NCBI GenBank assembly: GCA_965116905.1
Contig: OZ220732.1
Coordinates: 32,001-96,000 of the forward strand
Source: Longimicrobiales bacterium
GTDB taxonomy: Bacteria; Gemmatimonadota; Gemmatimonadetes; Longimicrobiales; Gaopeijiaceae
Direction: 5' to 3'
Length of the DNA stretch: 64,000 nt
The position numbers were made by a program, and so were the translations under genes. Under the pieces are notes generated by a model. It searched no databases. It was not told the DNA's origin and worked only from the letters and a program-made list of their open reading frames with translations. How positions within the stretch are numbered: the stretch's first letter is position 1; every line of letters starts with the position of its first letter. Shown here in pieces: positions 37,243 through 46,865 of this stretch.

Positions 37243-38544
37243 TCAGGGTCCACCCCGCGCATCCACCAGGGCCGGCCCGTCCTCCGGGATCGTCCCCGCC
37301 CTCACCACCTCCACCCCCGCCCGCACCTTCACGGCCTCCCGGATCCGCGCGCCCAGCCCGTCCACCGCAGCGGCGTCGAGCGAGCATCCCGGCGCGGCCT
37401 CGATCCGTACGGTGAGCACGTCCTGTCCGCCGTCTCCCTCCGTCACCACGGCCTGGTAGCGCGCCACCGACGGCTCCGGCGCCAGCGCCGCGGCCAGTTC
37501 GCGGGGATGCACGAACATTCCCTTGACCTTCACGCCCTCGCCCACCCGGCCCAGGAACCCGACCAGCCGCGGACTGCTGCGGCCGCATCGGCACGGCTCC
37601 GGGTTCCAGGCGGACAGGTCTCCGGTACCGAACCGCACGAGCGGATAGACGTCGTTCGGGCTTGTCACCACCACCTGGCCAGCCTCGCCGTCGGCAGCCG
37701 GACGGTCCTCTCCCGGCACGAGCACCTCGATCACCATGCCCCTCGGGACGTGCCACCCGTTCTTCGCCTCGCACTCGTAGCCGAGCAGCCCGGCGTCGGC
37801 CGTCCCGTACGCCTGGTAGACATCGACGCCGAACTCGTCCTGGAGCCGGGTGCGTAGCGGCGGCGGCAGGGGCGCCCCGGTGACGACAGCGCGTGCGAAG
37901 CGCAAATCGCGTCCCAGATCGCGCGCGCGCTCCAGCAGCGTCAGCAGGAACTGCGGCGTACCGGTGTAACCCGTCGCGCCCGCCGCACACGCGATCTCGA
38001 CCTGCGCCGCCGTGTTGCCCACGCCGCCGGGGATCACGGTGCACCCCGCCGCGCGGAGGCCGCCGTCGAGCATGAGGCCGCCGGGCGTCAGGTGATACGA
38101 GAAGGTGTTGAGGACCACGTCGACCGCGCCGAGTCCGGCCGCGCGCACGGCAGCGGCCATGTTCCAGAAGTCCTGCTGGTCCCCCTGGGGGTCGTTGATC
38201 GGGCCAGGCGAGCGAAAAACCCTGCGCAGCGAGGCCACGGGCACGGCGAGCATCCTGCCGAAGGGTGGATCCGCGGCCTGCAGAGCCGGGAGGTCGTCCT
38301 TGGCGAGCACGGGGATCCCGGCAAGGTCCGCGACGCCTCTCACGTCCTCCGCCGAGACCCCGGCGCCCGCCAGCCGGCGTGCGATCTCGGGACTGTGCGC
38401 CGCCCCGTGGCCAACGGCGGCCACGGCAACCTGGTCCTGCGCGTCACGCCATTCGAGCGACGGCCATGCGGCCCCCGGCAACGCGGCCCCAGGCACCGCG
38501 GCCCCCGGCCTTCCGGCCCCCGGCTGCGACCTCACGACAGCCAC
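37243..38544 (-). CDS. Phenylacetate-CoA ligase family protein (start may be 38535)
   Basis: SPGPI.DP, NTFSYHLTPGG, YGTAD, RFGTGDLS, KVKGMFVHP. Confidence 0.85.
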   Translation of the reverse strand: MAVVRSQPGAGRPGAAVPGAALPGAAWPSLEWRDAQDQVAVAAVGHGAAHSPEIARRLAGAGVSAEDVRGVADLAGIPVLAKDDLPALQAADPPFGRMLAVPVASLRRVFRSPGPINDPQGDQQDFWNMAAAVRAAGLGAVDVVLNTFSYHLTPGGLMLDGGLRAAGCTVIPGGVGNTAAQVEIACAAGATGYTGTPQFLLTLLERARDLGRDLRFARAVVTGAPLPPPLRTRLQDEFGVDVYQAYGTADAGLLGYECEAKNGWHVPRGMVIEVLVPGEDRPAADGEAGQVVVTSPNDVYPLVRFGTGDLSAWNPEPCRCGRSSPRLVGFLGRVGEGVKVKGMFVHPRELAAALAPEPSVARYQAVVTEGDGGQDVLTVRIEAAPGCSLDAAAVDGLGARIREAVKVRAGVEVVRAGTIPEDGPALVDARGGP

Positions 38545-39374
38545 CGTTTCCGGCGGCGATAGTGCTTCACGTCGCGGTACGAGCGCCGCCCGGCATCCCC
38601 CAGCCCGAGGTAGAACTCCTTCACGTCCTCGTTCGTGCGCAGCTCGTCGGCCGTGCCCTCCATGACCACGCGGCCGCCCTCCATCACGTATCCGTAGTCC
38701 GCGACGGACAGAGCCAGCCGCGCGTTCTGCTCGACCAGCAGGATCGTGGTCCCTTCGTCGCGATTGATCCGCCGGATGATCTCGAAGATGCTCTCGACCA
38801 GGATCGGAGCGAGGCCGAGCGAGGGCTCGTCGAGGAGCATCATGCGCGGGCGGGCCATCAGGGCGCGGCCCAGCGCCAGCATCTGCTGTTCACCGCCGGA
38901 GAGGTGGCCGGCGGTCTGGCGACGGCGTTCGGCAAGCGCCGGGAAGTAGTGAAAGACCTTCTCCACGTCGGCCTCGGCACCCCGCCGGTCGTGCCGCGTG
39001 TACGCCCCCGCGGCGAGGTTCTCGCGCACGGTCAGATGCTCGAACACCCGGCGGCCCTCCAGGACCTGGAAGATGCCCTTCTCCACGATCCGGTGCGCGT
39101 CGACCCCCTGGATCTCCTGGCCGTCGAAGACGATCGTGCCGTCGGTGACCTCGCCGTCCTCGACGTACAGGAGCCCCGAGATCGCCTTCAGGGTCGTGGT
39201 CTTCCCCGCCCCGTTCGATCCGAGCAGCGCCGCGATCCTGCCCTCGCCGACCTCGAGCGAGAGTCCCCGCAGCACCAGGATCACGTCGTCGTAAAGGACC
39301 TCGATGTTGTTGAGACGCAGCAGGGGGGCGGCACTCTCGCGGGGCCCGCCGTTGCCGGTCGTCGTCGCGGTCAC
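38532..39374 (-). CDS. Liv-type ABC ATP-binding protein (LivF-like)
   Basis: GSNGAGKT, LSGGEQQM, LLDEPSLGL, LVEQNA, KEFYLG. Confidence 0.92.
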   Translation of the reverse strand: MTATTTGNGGPRESAAPLLRLNNIEVLYDDVILVLRGLSLEVGEGRIAALLGSNGAGKTTTLKAISGLLYVEDGEVTDGTIVFDGQEIQGVDAHRIVEKGIFQVLEGRRVFEHLTVRENLAAGAYTRHDRRGAEADVEKVFHYFPALAERRRQTAGHLSGGEQQMLALGRALMARPRMMLLDEPSLGLAPILVESIFEIIRRINRDEGTTILLVEQNARLALSVADYGYVMEGGRVVMEGTADELRTNEDVKEFYLGLGDAGRRSYRDVKHYRRRKRWLS

Positions 39375-39378
39375 CGCG

Positions 39379-40584
39379 TCACGGCACCGTCGGCGCCCGG
39401 ATGAACTCGGTGAAGGGCACCCATTCACCGGCTTCCACCCGGAAAAGCCTGAGCCCCTTCGCTCCGAGATGGTCATCCGGCGTGAAGCTGATCGGCACCG
39501 TCACGCCGCCCATGTCCAGGTCGGTGAAGGTCTCGAGCGCACCCTTGATATTCGCCCCGGTCAGCTCCCGCCCCGACGCCAGCACCCGCCTCATTGCCTC
39601 GGCGAAGACGGCGAACGTCCACCACGCCTGGGTGTAGGCGTTGGTCTTCCCCTCGATCGTCTCCCCCTTGCCGGTCAGGTAGTCGCGGATCACGCGTGTT
39701 CCGGGCACGTCGACGTTGAGCGGCGCGTACGGGATCGTCCCCATCACCCCCTCGGCCACCTCGCCCGCCAGATCCACCAGCTGCCTGTTGGCACACCAGT
39801 TCAGGCAGATGAAGGTCAGGTCCAGACCCAGGCTGCTCGCGTTCTGCAGCGCCACCGCGGCCGGCCCGGAGGTGTTCTGGAAGACCACGTACTGGGCGCC
39901 GCTCTGGCGTATCCGCGAGAACTCGCCCGTGAAGTCGACCGCGGCGCGCGGCATTTCGTAGAGCGTCAGGTCGACGCCGACGGCCTCGGCGTATTCCACG
40001 CCGCCGTACCGCGACGGAGACAACCCGAAGGGACTCGCGTTGTGCATGAGCGCCACGACCGGCGTCCCTTCCCCGTGGTTGGCTACAATCCAGTCGAGCG
40101 CAATGCGGAACTGATCGGTGTACGTGGGTGCGACCAGGAAGTTGTACGGGGCGTCCGCCGGGTCGCCCAGCACGTGGGAAAGGGAGGCTGAACTGAACGG
40201 GACTTCGTCTTCCGTGATGCGGAGTCGCAGCGCTTCGGTGTCGCCGGTGCCCCATCCCATGAAGACCACCGCACCCTCCGCCACGAACTGGCTGTAGAGC
40301 TGTTCGGCACGGGCGACCTGGTAGGCGTAGTCCTGGTAGATCAGCTCAATCGGCCTGCCTTCGATCCCCCCCTGCATGTTGGTCCAGTCCACGAACCCGC
40401 GCATGCCGTCGGCGTAATCGGTCCCGACGTCGGCCGTCGGCCCCGTAAGGTCGAAGATCGCGCCGACCTTGATTGCGTTGTCGGCCGGTCCGCCTTCACC
40501 GCCATCGCCCCCGCAGGCCGCTGTGGCAACGACGAAGGCAGCGACGAGCGGGTGGATGGGCCGCGTCGGTTGGCGTCTGGTCAT
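39379..40584 (-). CDS. Liv-type ABC substrate-binding lipoprotein
   Basis: TAAC lipobox; IKVGAIFDLTGPTA, GGIEGRPI, GWGTGDTEAL. Confidence 0.88.
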   Translation of the reverse strand: MTRRQPTRPIHPLVAAFVVATAACGGDGGEGGPADNAIKVGAIFDLTGPTADVGTDYADGMRGFVDWTNMQGGIEGRPIELIYQDYAYQVARAEQLYSQFVAEGAVVFMGWGTGDTEALRLRITEDEVPFSSASLSHVLGDPADAPYNFLVAPTYTDQFRIALDWIVANHGEGTPVVALMHNASPFGLSPSRYGGVEYAEAVGVDLTLYEMPRAAVDFTGEFSRIRQSGAQYVVFQNTSGPAAVALQNASSLGLDLTFICLNWCANRQLVDLAGEVAEGVMGTIPYAPLNVDVPGTRVIRDYLTGKGETIEGKTNAYTQAWWTFAVFAEAMRRVLASGRELTGANIKGALETFTDLDMGGVTVPISFTPDDHLGAKGLRLFRVEAGEWVPFTEFIRAPTVP

Positions 40585-40660
40585 GGCCCTGCTCCTGGTT
40601 TCGCGGGGTTTTGTCCACGGGCTGCTGCCCCTTCGCCTCCTGGCCACGTGCACTGTCCCT

Positions 40661-41926
40661 CTACGCCCTCACCACCAGCCCGTCGTGGAGAGCGGTACGA
40701 TAGGCCTTGAGGGCGGGCACGAAACCGATCAGGAACCCCGCGACCACGACCGAGCCCAGGAAGAGCCACTCCACGAAGCCGGGCGGCGTGATCGGGATGA
40801 AGAGACCCGCCTGCGTCTCGGCGATCGGCTGGCCAACCGAGAGCATCAGGTACGCGAGCGCCATGCCGCCGATTGCGCCCGCCGCCGCAAGGCACACCGA
40901 TTCCAGCACCAGGAGCGTGACGATCCTTTTCGGCCCTGCCCCGACCGCGCGCAGGATCGCCATCTCTCGCCGGCGCTCGTTGAGGGACGTGTAGAGCGAG
41001 ACCAGCATGCCGAGCAGTCCTACCAGCACGACGAAGATCGTGACAAGACGGAGCCCGGTTTCGGCGTAGCCGATCCCCCGCCACATCTCGTTGAGCGCCA
41101 CGCCGGGGATGACCGCCATCATCGGTTCGCCTTCGTAGTCGTTGATCTCGCGTTGCAGCCGGAGCACGTCCCTCCGGTTGGTCGCGCCCACGAAGAACGA
41201 CGTCACCTGGGTGATCTCGATCTCCTCCATGGCGAGCACTTCCGCGTGCGTGTGCTCTTCGCCGGGCATGGGCGGCGCGCCATCCTCCCACCCGAAGTGG
41301 ATGGCCTCGATTCCCTCGAGGGTGACGTAGACTGCGCGGTCGACCGGCGTGAACGTCTTGTCGAGGATGCCCACCACCGTGAACGGCATTTCGTCGTGGT
41401 TCAGGAAGCCCACCTCGCCGATCCCGTGCGTCACCGCGACCTGGTCGCCCAGCCCGTAACCCAGTTCAGTGGCGACATCCGCACCCAGGGTCACGTCGAA
41501 GACCTCCGAGCCGGCGCGGCCCTCGGCCAGCGCAATCTCCTGCCCTCCGCGGTAGCGATAGTGGCGATAGAAGTCCTCATTGGTGCCGATGACCCGGAAG
41601 CCCCGGTGGCTGTCCCCGAGTCCGTACGGAATGGTCCATTCGACCGCGGGGTGCTCGGCCCATTCGCGGTAGGTGTCCCAGGACAGGTTGTTCGTGGGAG
41701 ATCCCATGCCGAAGACCGAATACAGCAGCAGCTGGATGGTGCCCCCCTTGGTGCCCACGACCAGGTCGGTCTGGCTGATCGTGTTGGAGAAGCTCTCGCG
41801 CATTCCCACGCGCACGTTCTCGACGCCGATCAGAAGCGCGACGCTGAGTGCGATGGAACCGACCGTGAGTGACGTGCTGAAAGCGCGGTTGCGCAGTGAC
41901 TTGAGGGCGAGGTCGAGGCTGAACAT
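40661..41926 (-). CDS. FtsX/MacB-type ABC permease
   Basis: LALKSLRNR, QLLLYSVF, LGDSHRGFRVIGT, NERRREMAILRAVGA. Confidence 0.9.
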   Translation of the reverse strand: MFSLDLALKSLRNRAFSTSLTVGSIALSVALLIGVENVRVGMRESFSNTISQTDLVVGTKGGTIQLLLYSVFGMGSPTNNLSWDTYREWAEHPAVEWTIPYGLGDSHRGFRVIGTNEDFYRHYRYRGGQEIALAEGRAGSEVFDVTLGADVATELGYGLGDQVAVTHGIGEVGFLNHDEMPFTVVGILDKTFTPVDRAVYVTLEGIEAIHFGWEDGAPPMPGEEHTHAEVLAMEEIEITQVTSFFVGATNRRDVLRLQREINDYEGEPMMAVIPGVALNEMWRGIGYAETGLRLVTIFVVLVGLLGMLVSLYTSLNERRREMAILRAVGAGPKRIVTLLVLESVCLAAAGAIGGMALAYLMLSVGQPIAETQAGLFIPITPPGFVEWLFLGSVVVAGFLIGFVPALKAYRTALHDGLVVRA

Positions 41927-42609
41927 CAGAGGGCGGCCCTGTTGATGTCGGGGAGCGCGATCCTGCGGGAAAACATTTCCTCGAGCGTCCGGTCGTGGCT
42001 GACGAACACCAGCGTCGCACCGGCCCGCCCGCACTCCGCAAACAGCAGCTCCAGGAAGGCCTCCCGGCGGTCGAAGTCCAGGGACGAGGTCGGCTCGTCG
42101 GCGACGATGAGTTCCGGCGCCCCGATCAGCGCCCGGCAGGCCGCAACCCGCTGCTGCTGGCCCACCGACAGCTCCGTCACCCGCTTTTTCAGCAGATCGC
42201 CAATGTGAAGGTGGTCCGCAAGCTGCGCGGCGGTCTCCTGCACGCCCACGCCGTCCAGCCTCGCCCGCCGTGCGGCGTTCATCCGCGCCGGGAGGGCAAT
42301 ATTGTCCAGAACCGAGAGGTAGGGGATGAGGTTGAACATCTGGAAGACGTAGCCGATGTGCTCCGCGCGAAAAGCGTCCCGCTCGGCGCCCGAGAGCGAG
42401 GCGAGGTCGCGGTCGAGCACTCTGACCTCGCCCTCATGAGGCTTCAGCACACCCGCCAGGACGCCGAGCAGCGTAGTCTTGCCGCTCCCGCTGGGGCCGT
42501 ACAGAAACGCGCGCGTCCCACGCTCAAGGGTCAGTTCGGGAATGTCGAGCACCCACGGACCTCCGTCATACCGGAAACGAAGGCGTCGGATATCGACCGC
42601 GAGGCTCAT
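41926..42609 (-). CDS. ABC ATP-binding protein (LolD/MacB-like)
   Basis: GPSGSGKTT, FQMFNLIPYL, LSVGQQQRV, ADEPTS, VSHD. Confidence 0.92.
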   Translation of the reverse strand: MSLAVDIRRLRFRYDGGPWVLDIPELTLERGTRAFLYGPSGSGKTTLLGVLAGVLKPHEGEVRVLDRDLASLSGAERDAFRAEHIGYVFQMFNLIPYLSVLDNIALPARMNAARRARLDGVGVQETAAQLADHLHIGDLLKKRVTELSVGQQQRVAACRALIGAPELIVADEPTSSLDFDRREAFLELLFAECGRAGATLVFVSHDRTLEEMFSRRIALPDINRAAL

Positions 42610-42663
42610 CGGCGACAGCCCGAGAACATTGCCCACCCGGTCTTCGAGCGGCGACTCACCGCG

Positions 42664-43185
42664 CTAGGACTCGTACGGATAGACCCGCTGGCCGGAGATG
42701 GTGAACCCAACGTACCCGTATACGCTCTCCGTCATCTCGATGCTGAGCACACCTTCGACCCATACCGGGTTCCAGCCGTCCATCTTCGCACGCTTGCCCT
42801 CGTCCATCTGTATGTACACGAGCTGGTTGGGCGGCGGCGGCGGCGTGTGGATGCAGGCGCCCACGTAGGGCACGAGGAGGAATTCCGTCGCCGAAGACGC
42901 AAAGTCCTCGAGCGGAACCGTGAAGCCGGGAATCTTGACAAGCTTGCCCTCGAGAGCGGCCAGCTCTTCGCTCTTCTCGCCCGTCCGGTAGTTGAGCTTG
43001 GCGAGGAGCCGCCAGCCCACCTCGGTGGGTTCGTTCGGCGACACCGCCGGGAGCGGGTCCACCGGGGGTCGCGGGTCGTCCGGGGACCCGATGACACCCT
43101 CCGGGCTGCTGCCGGCCCCGGAAAGGACGGCCGCCAGCAACACGCTGGCCACCGCCGAGAAACGTCTGCGGCTGGCTGCTTTCAT
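42664..43185 (-). CDS. DUF3299 family exported protein
   Basis: VKIPGF.VPL, EFLLVPYVGACIHTPPPPPNQLV. Confidence 0.88.
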   Translation of the reverse strand: MKAASRRRFSAVASVLLAAVLSGAGSSPEGVIGSPDDPRPPVDPLPAVSPNEPTEVGWRLLAKLNYRTGEKSEELAALEGKLVKIPGFTVPLEDFASSATEFLLVPYVGACIHTPPPPPNQLVYIQMDEGKRAKMDGWNPVWVEGVLSIEMTESVYGYVGFTISGQRVYPYES

Positions 43186-43210
43186 CAGAAACCTCCGATT
43201 GTCAGAATCT

Positions 43211-44836
43211 TCAGCGCGATCCCTGGTCATCCGATCCCTGGTCATCCTCGGAAATCGGCCGCGTGAGAGTGGGATACTTGATGCCCAACTGTTCAAGGTA
43301 CGTCTCGAAGCGGGTCTCGTCGTAGTAGTACTGGCTCAGCAGGGGACGGAACGCATCCATGATTTCCCTGTTGAGATCGATGGGCGGCGGATCGTCGGGT
43401 CCGATGAAGGGAATATACTCGACACCCGCAGTCTGGTCTTCCCGGAAGTAGGTCCAGGCCTGATCGACCAGCTCCGGTTGCGCGAAGAGCTGGAGGGCCG
43501 TGCGCGCCATCACCCGGGCGCCGGCGACCGCTCCCTTGTGCGCGATGGGCGTGGCCATCGCCATGGCGCTCGACCAGTGGTGACCGGGCAGCCCAGGCAC
43601 ATTCGACGGAAAGCGGAGCGTCACTGTGGGCACATTCCACGAGATGTCGCCGATGTCGTCCGATCCGCCGCTCCGGCGCGGGCCCGGCGTGCCGAGTTGC
43701 GAGAGGGCAGTCGGCATCCCCGACGGTACGCTCCCGACCGACTGCTGCACTGCGCTCGCAAAGTCGTGGTCGTCGTCGGTCCACTCCGGGAGCCCGACGT
43801 CCTGGATGTGCTCGTACATGGTCTCGGCCACGACCTTGTTGAAGTGCCTCGGCCAGGCGGCCCCGATGATCCGGTACGACATCTCCGTATCGGTCATCAT
43901 GGCCGCGCCCTCGGCGATGCGCACGGCAGTATCGAAGTTGCGCTTGATGTCCTCGTAGTCCATCTCGCGGATGAAATACCATACCGAGGCGCTCGGCGGC
44001 ACGACGTTCGGCTGATCGCCGCCGTCGCTGATCACGTAGTGGGAGCGCTGGTCGGGCCGCAGATGCTCGCGGCGGAAGTTCCAGGCGACGTTCATGAGCT
44101 CGACCGCGTCCAGGGCGCTGCGGCCGCGCCACGGAGCACCCGCACCGTGCGCCGCCTCGCCCGCGAAGGTGAACTCCACCGAGACCAGTCCCGTGCCGCC
44201 GCCCTGGCCCCAGTTCACCGACAGGTTGCTGCTGACGTGCGTGAACAGGGTGACGTCGACATCCTTCAGGTAGCCGTCCCGGACGTACCATGCCTTCGAG
44301 GCCAGCTGCTCCTCGGCGACGCCCGGCCAGAGTACCAGCGTGCCCTGGATACCCTCGGCTTCCATGACCTCCTTGAGGGCGAGCGCCGCCACCACGTTCA
44401 CGGCCTGTCCGGAGTTGTGACCCTCGCCGTGGCCGGGCGCGCCCGGAATCAGGGGGTCGTGATACGCCACGCCGGGCTTCTGGTTGGCCTTCGGGATCCC
44501 GTCGATGTCCGACCCGAAGGAGATGACCGGCCTGCCGCTGCCCCACCGCGCAAACCAGCCCGTCGGGATGCCCGCGGGCTCGCGCTCGATGGTGAAGCCG
44601 TTCTCCTCAAGGATGCCCGTGACGTACGCCGACGTCTCGATTTCCTGCTGCCCCAATTCCGAAAAGGAGAAGATCTTGTCGACCATCACCTGGGCCAGCT
44701 TGGCGCGTTCGAGAACACCCTCTTCGACACGGTCCACGAGAGGCGCCAGCTCCTCGTCGGAGAGGCTCTGCGCGACCGCGAGGGCGGGAGTGACGAGAAT
44801 GGCGACCATCGCCGCCGTGATCGTTCGGTTGGCCAT
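43211..44836 (-). CDS. M20 amidohydrolase, AbgB-like, secreted
   Basis: Signal peptide; GHGEGHN, PGVAEE, AHGAGAPWRGRSALDAVELM, GGSDDIGD. Confidence 0.88.
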   Translation of the reverse strand: MANRTITAAMVAILVTPALAVAQSLSDEELAPLVDRVEEGVLERAKLAQVMVDKIFSFSELGQQEIETSAYVTGILEENGFTIEREPAGIPTGWFARWGSGRPVISFGSDIDGIPKANQKPGVAYHDPLIPGAPGHGEGHNSGQAVNVVAALALKEVMEAEGIQGTLVLWPGVAEEQLASKAWYVRDGYLKDVDVTLFTHVSSNLSVNWGQGGGTGLVSVEFTFAGEAAHGAGAPWRGRSALDAVELMNVAWNFRREHLRPDQRSHYVISDGGDQPNVVPPSASVWYFIREMDYEDIKRNFDTAVRIAEGAAMMTDTEMSYRIIGAAWPRHFNKVVAETMYEHIQDVGLPEWTDDDHDFASAVQQSVGSVPSGMPTALSQLGTPGPRRSGGSDDIGDISWNVPTVTLRFPSNVPGLPGHHWSSAMAMATPIAHKGAVAGARVMARTALQLFAQPELVDQAWTYFREDQTAGVEYIPFIGPDDPPPIDLNREIMDAFRPLLSQYYYDETRFETYLEQLGIKYPTLTRPISEDDQGSDDQGSR

Positions 44837-44923
44837 TGACGCACCTGGATTGGAAAAATGGTGAGGAATCAAGGACTTTTGAAAATAGGGGCTGGCCACC
44901 CGAATCCGAAAGCCGAGGCTGCC

Positions 44924-45982
44924 TCACCCCCGCCGGTACGCGAATGGCCACACGTGAAAGTAGTCCTTCACGTTGCCCCACAACTTGGACAGTCCCTTGG
45001 GCTCGAAGATGAGGAACAGGATGATCACGACGCCGAACACGGCTTGCTGCGCGTAAGGCAGCAGGTTGGCGACCACCGGCGCCGTGTCCTGCAGCGAGCG
45101 CCCCGCGTTGGTGATCAGCGCCGGCAGCAGCGTGATCAGCGCGGCGCCGAAGAACGACCCGCGGATCGAACCGAGTCCCCCGACGATGATCATGGCCAGG
45201 TAGATGATGCTCGTCTCCAGCGTGAAGCGCTCCCAGGTGATGATGGTGCGGTAGTAGGCGATCATGGCGCCCGCCAGGCCCACGAAGAACGACGACGTGG
45301 CGAACGCCAGCAGCTTGGTGCGGAAGAGGTTGACGCCGATCACGCTGGCCGCGATGTCCTGGTCGCGGACCGCCACGAATGCGCGTCCCATGCGCGTGCG
45401 GAAGAGGTTGGCCGCGAAGAGCGCGGTCCCCGCCGCCATCAGCACGCCGAACCAGTAGAAGGCGAAGGTGCTGTTCAGGCGCACGCCGAAGAGGCTCGGC
45501 GCGGGCAACACGATCGCCTCGGTGCCCCCGGTCAGCGCGGTCCAGTGCGTCATGCCCCACTCGACGATCTCTTGGGCGGCCAGCGTGGCGATCGCCAGGT
45601 ACAGGCCCTTCAGCCGCAGCGAGGGCAGCCCGAAGAAGGTGCCCGCCACCGAGGTGAGGACGCACGCGAGAGCGATGCTCACACCCCAGGGCAGCCCGAG
45701 GTTGAGCGTCAGAAGCCCGGCGGCGTAGGCCCCGATCGCCATGAAGGCGCCCTGCCCCAGCGAAATCTGCCCCGTGTAGCCCACCAGGATGTTCAGGCCG
45801 ATCGCTCCGACCGTCGCGATCGCGATCTGATTCGCGAGGTCGAGCCAATAGGTCCCGGCCACGAACGGGAACACGAGCACGAAGACCGCGAAAGCCGCCA
45901 GCCGGATCCGCTGCACGGGCCGCGGGCGCAGCCCCATGTCGGACTCGTAGCGGGTGTGAAAGACGCCGCACTCGAGACTCAT
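44924..45982 (-). CDS. Liv-type ABC permease (LivM-like)
   Basis: GLNILVGYTGQISLG, LKGLYLAIATLA, GRAFVAVRD, IIVGGLGS. Confidence 0.92.
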   Translation of the reverse strand: MSLECGVFHTRYESDMGLRPRPVQRIRLAAFAVFVLVFPFVAGTYWLDLANQIAIATVGAIGLNILVGYTGQISLGQGAFMAIGAYAAGLLTLNLGLPWGVSIALACVLTSVAGTFFGLPSLRLKGLYLAIATLAAQEIVEWGMTHWTALTGGTEAIVLPAPSLFGVRLNSTFAFYWFGVLMAAGTALFAANLFRTRMGRAFVAVRDQDIAASVIGVNLFRTKLLAFATSSFFVGLAGAMIAYYRTIITWERFTLETSIIYLAMIIVGGLGSIRGSFFGAALITLLPALITNAGRSLQDTAPVVANLLPYAQQAVFGVVIILFLIFEPKGLSKLWGNVKDYFHVWPFAYRRG

Positions 45983-45989
45983 GACCCGC

Positions 45990-46862
45990 TCATACCCGTT
46001 CGATGATCTCCTTGCCGAAGAGGCCGTAGGGACGGACCATCAGCACCAGAACGAGGACGACGTACGGCACCACGAGACTGAGCCCGTGGCCCACGTACCC
46101 GCCGGTGTAGACCTCCAGCAGACCGATGATCGCACCACCGATCACCGCCCCCCGGATCGAATCGAGTCCACCCAGGATCACAACCGGGAAGACCCTGAGT
46201 CCGATCGACGCCACGTTCGGGCTCACGCCCACGATGCCCGCGAGCATGATCCCGCCGATGGCCGCCGACGCGGCCGCGAGCCCCCAGGCGATGCCGAACA
46301 CCCGCGGAATGCTGATCCCCATGCTCAGCGCCGCCTGCTGGTCGTCGGCGATGGCCCGCATGGCGATCCCGTCGCGCGTGAGCCGGAAGAAGAGCCACAG
46401 CGCGGCCAGAACGGCCAGCGCGATCGGAATCGACAGAAGGCGCCCCGTGGACAGCATGACCGGACCCAGAGCGACATCGCCGGCCGGCAGGAACGACTCG
46501 AACGAGCGCGGCGCCGGACCCCATATCGCGTTGACGGCGGCGCGCAGGACGGACGACAGCCCGATCGTCACCATGATCATCGAGATGATCGGCTCGCCGA
46601 TCAGCGGGCGCAGCACAAGCCGCTCGATGGCGAGTGCCACGGCGACGGCCAGCAGCACCGTCACGACAACCCCAAGGCTCCACGGAAGTCCGGCCTGGGC
46701 CACGGCGAAGAAGACCAGGTACGTGCCGAAAAGCAGAAGATCCCCCTGTGCGAAGTTGATGACATCGCTGGCCTTGTAGATCACCACGAACCCGGCCGCC
46801 GCCAGGGCGTAGACCATTCCGGTGCTGAGTCCGGAAACGGTGAGCTGCAGGAAGACGTCCAT
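45990..46862 (-). CDS. Liv-type ABC permease (LivH-like)
   Basis: VINFAQG, GIAMRA, ILGGLDSI, RPYGLFG. Confidence 0.92.
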   Translation of the reverse strand: MDVFLQLTVSGLSTGMVYALAAAGFVVIYKASDVINFAQGDLLLFGTYLVFFAVAQAGLPWSLGVVVTVLLAVAVALAIERLVLRPLIGEPIISMIMVTIGLSSVLRAAVNAIWGPAPRSFESFLPAGDVALGPVMLSTGRLLSIPIALAVLAALWLFFRLTRDGIAMRAIADDQQAALSMGISIPRVFGIAWGLAAASAAIGGIMLAGIVGVSPNVASIGLRVFPVVILGGLDSIRGAVIGGAIIGLLEVYTGGYVGHGLSLVVPYVVLVLVLMVRPYGLFGKEIIERV

Positions 46863-46865
46863 GGC

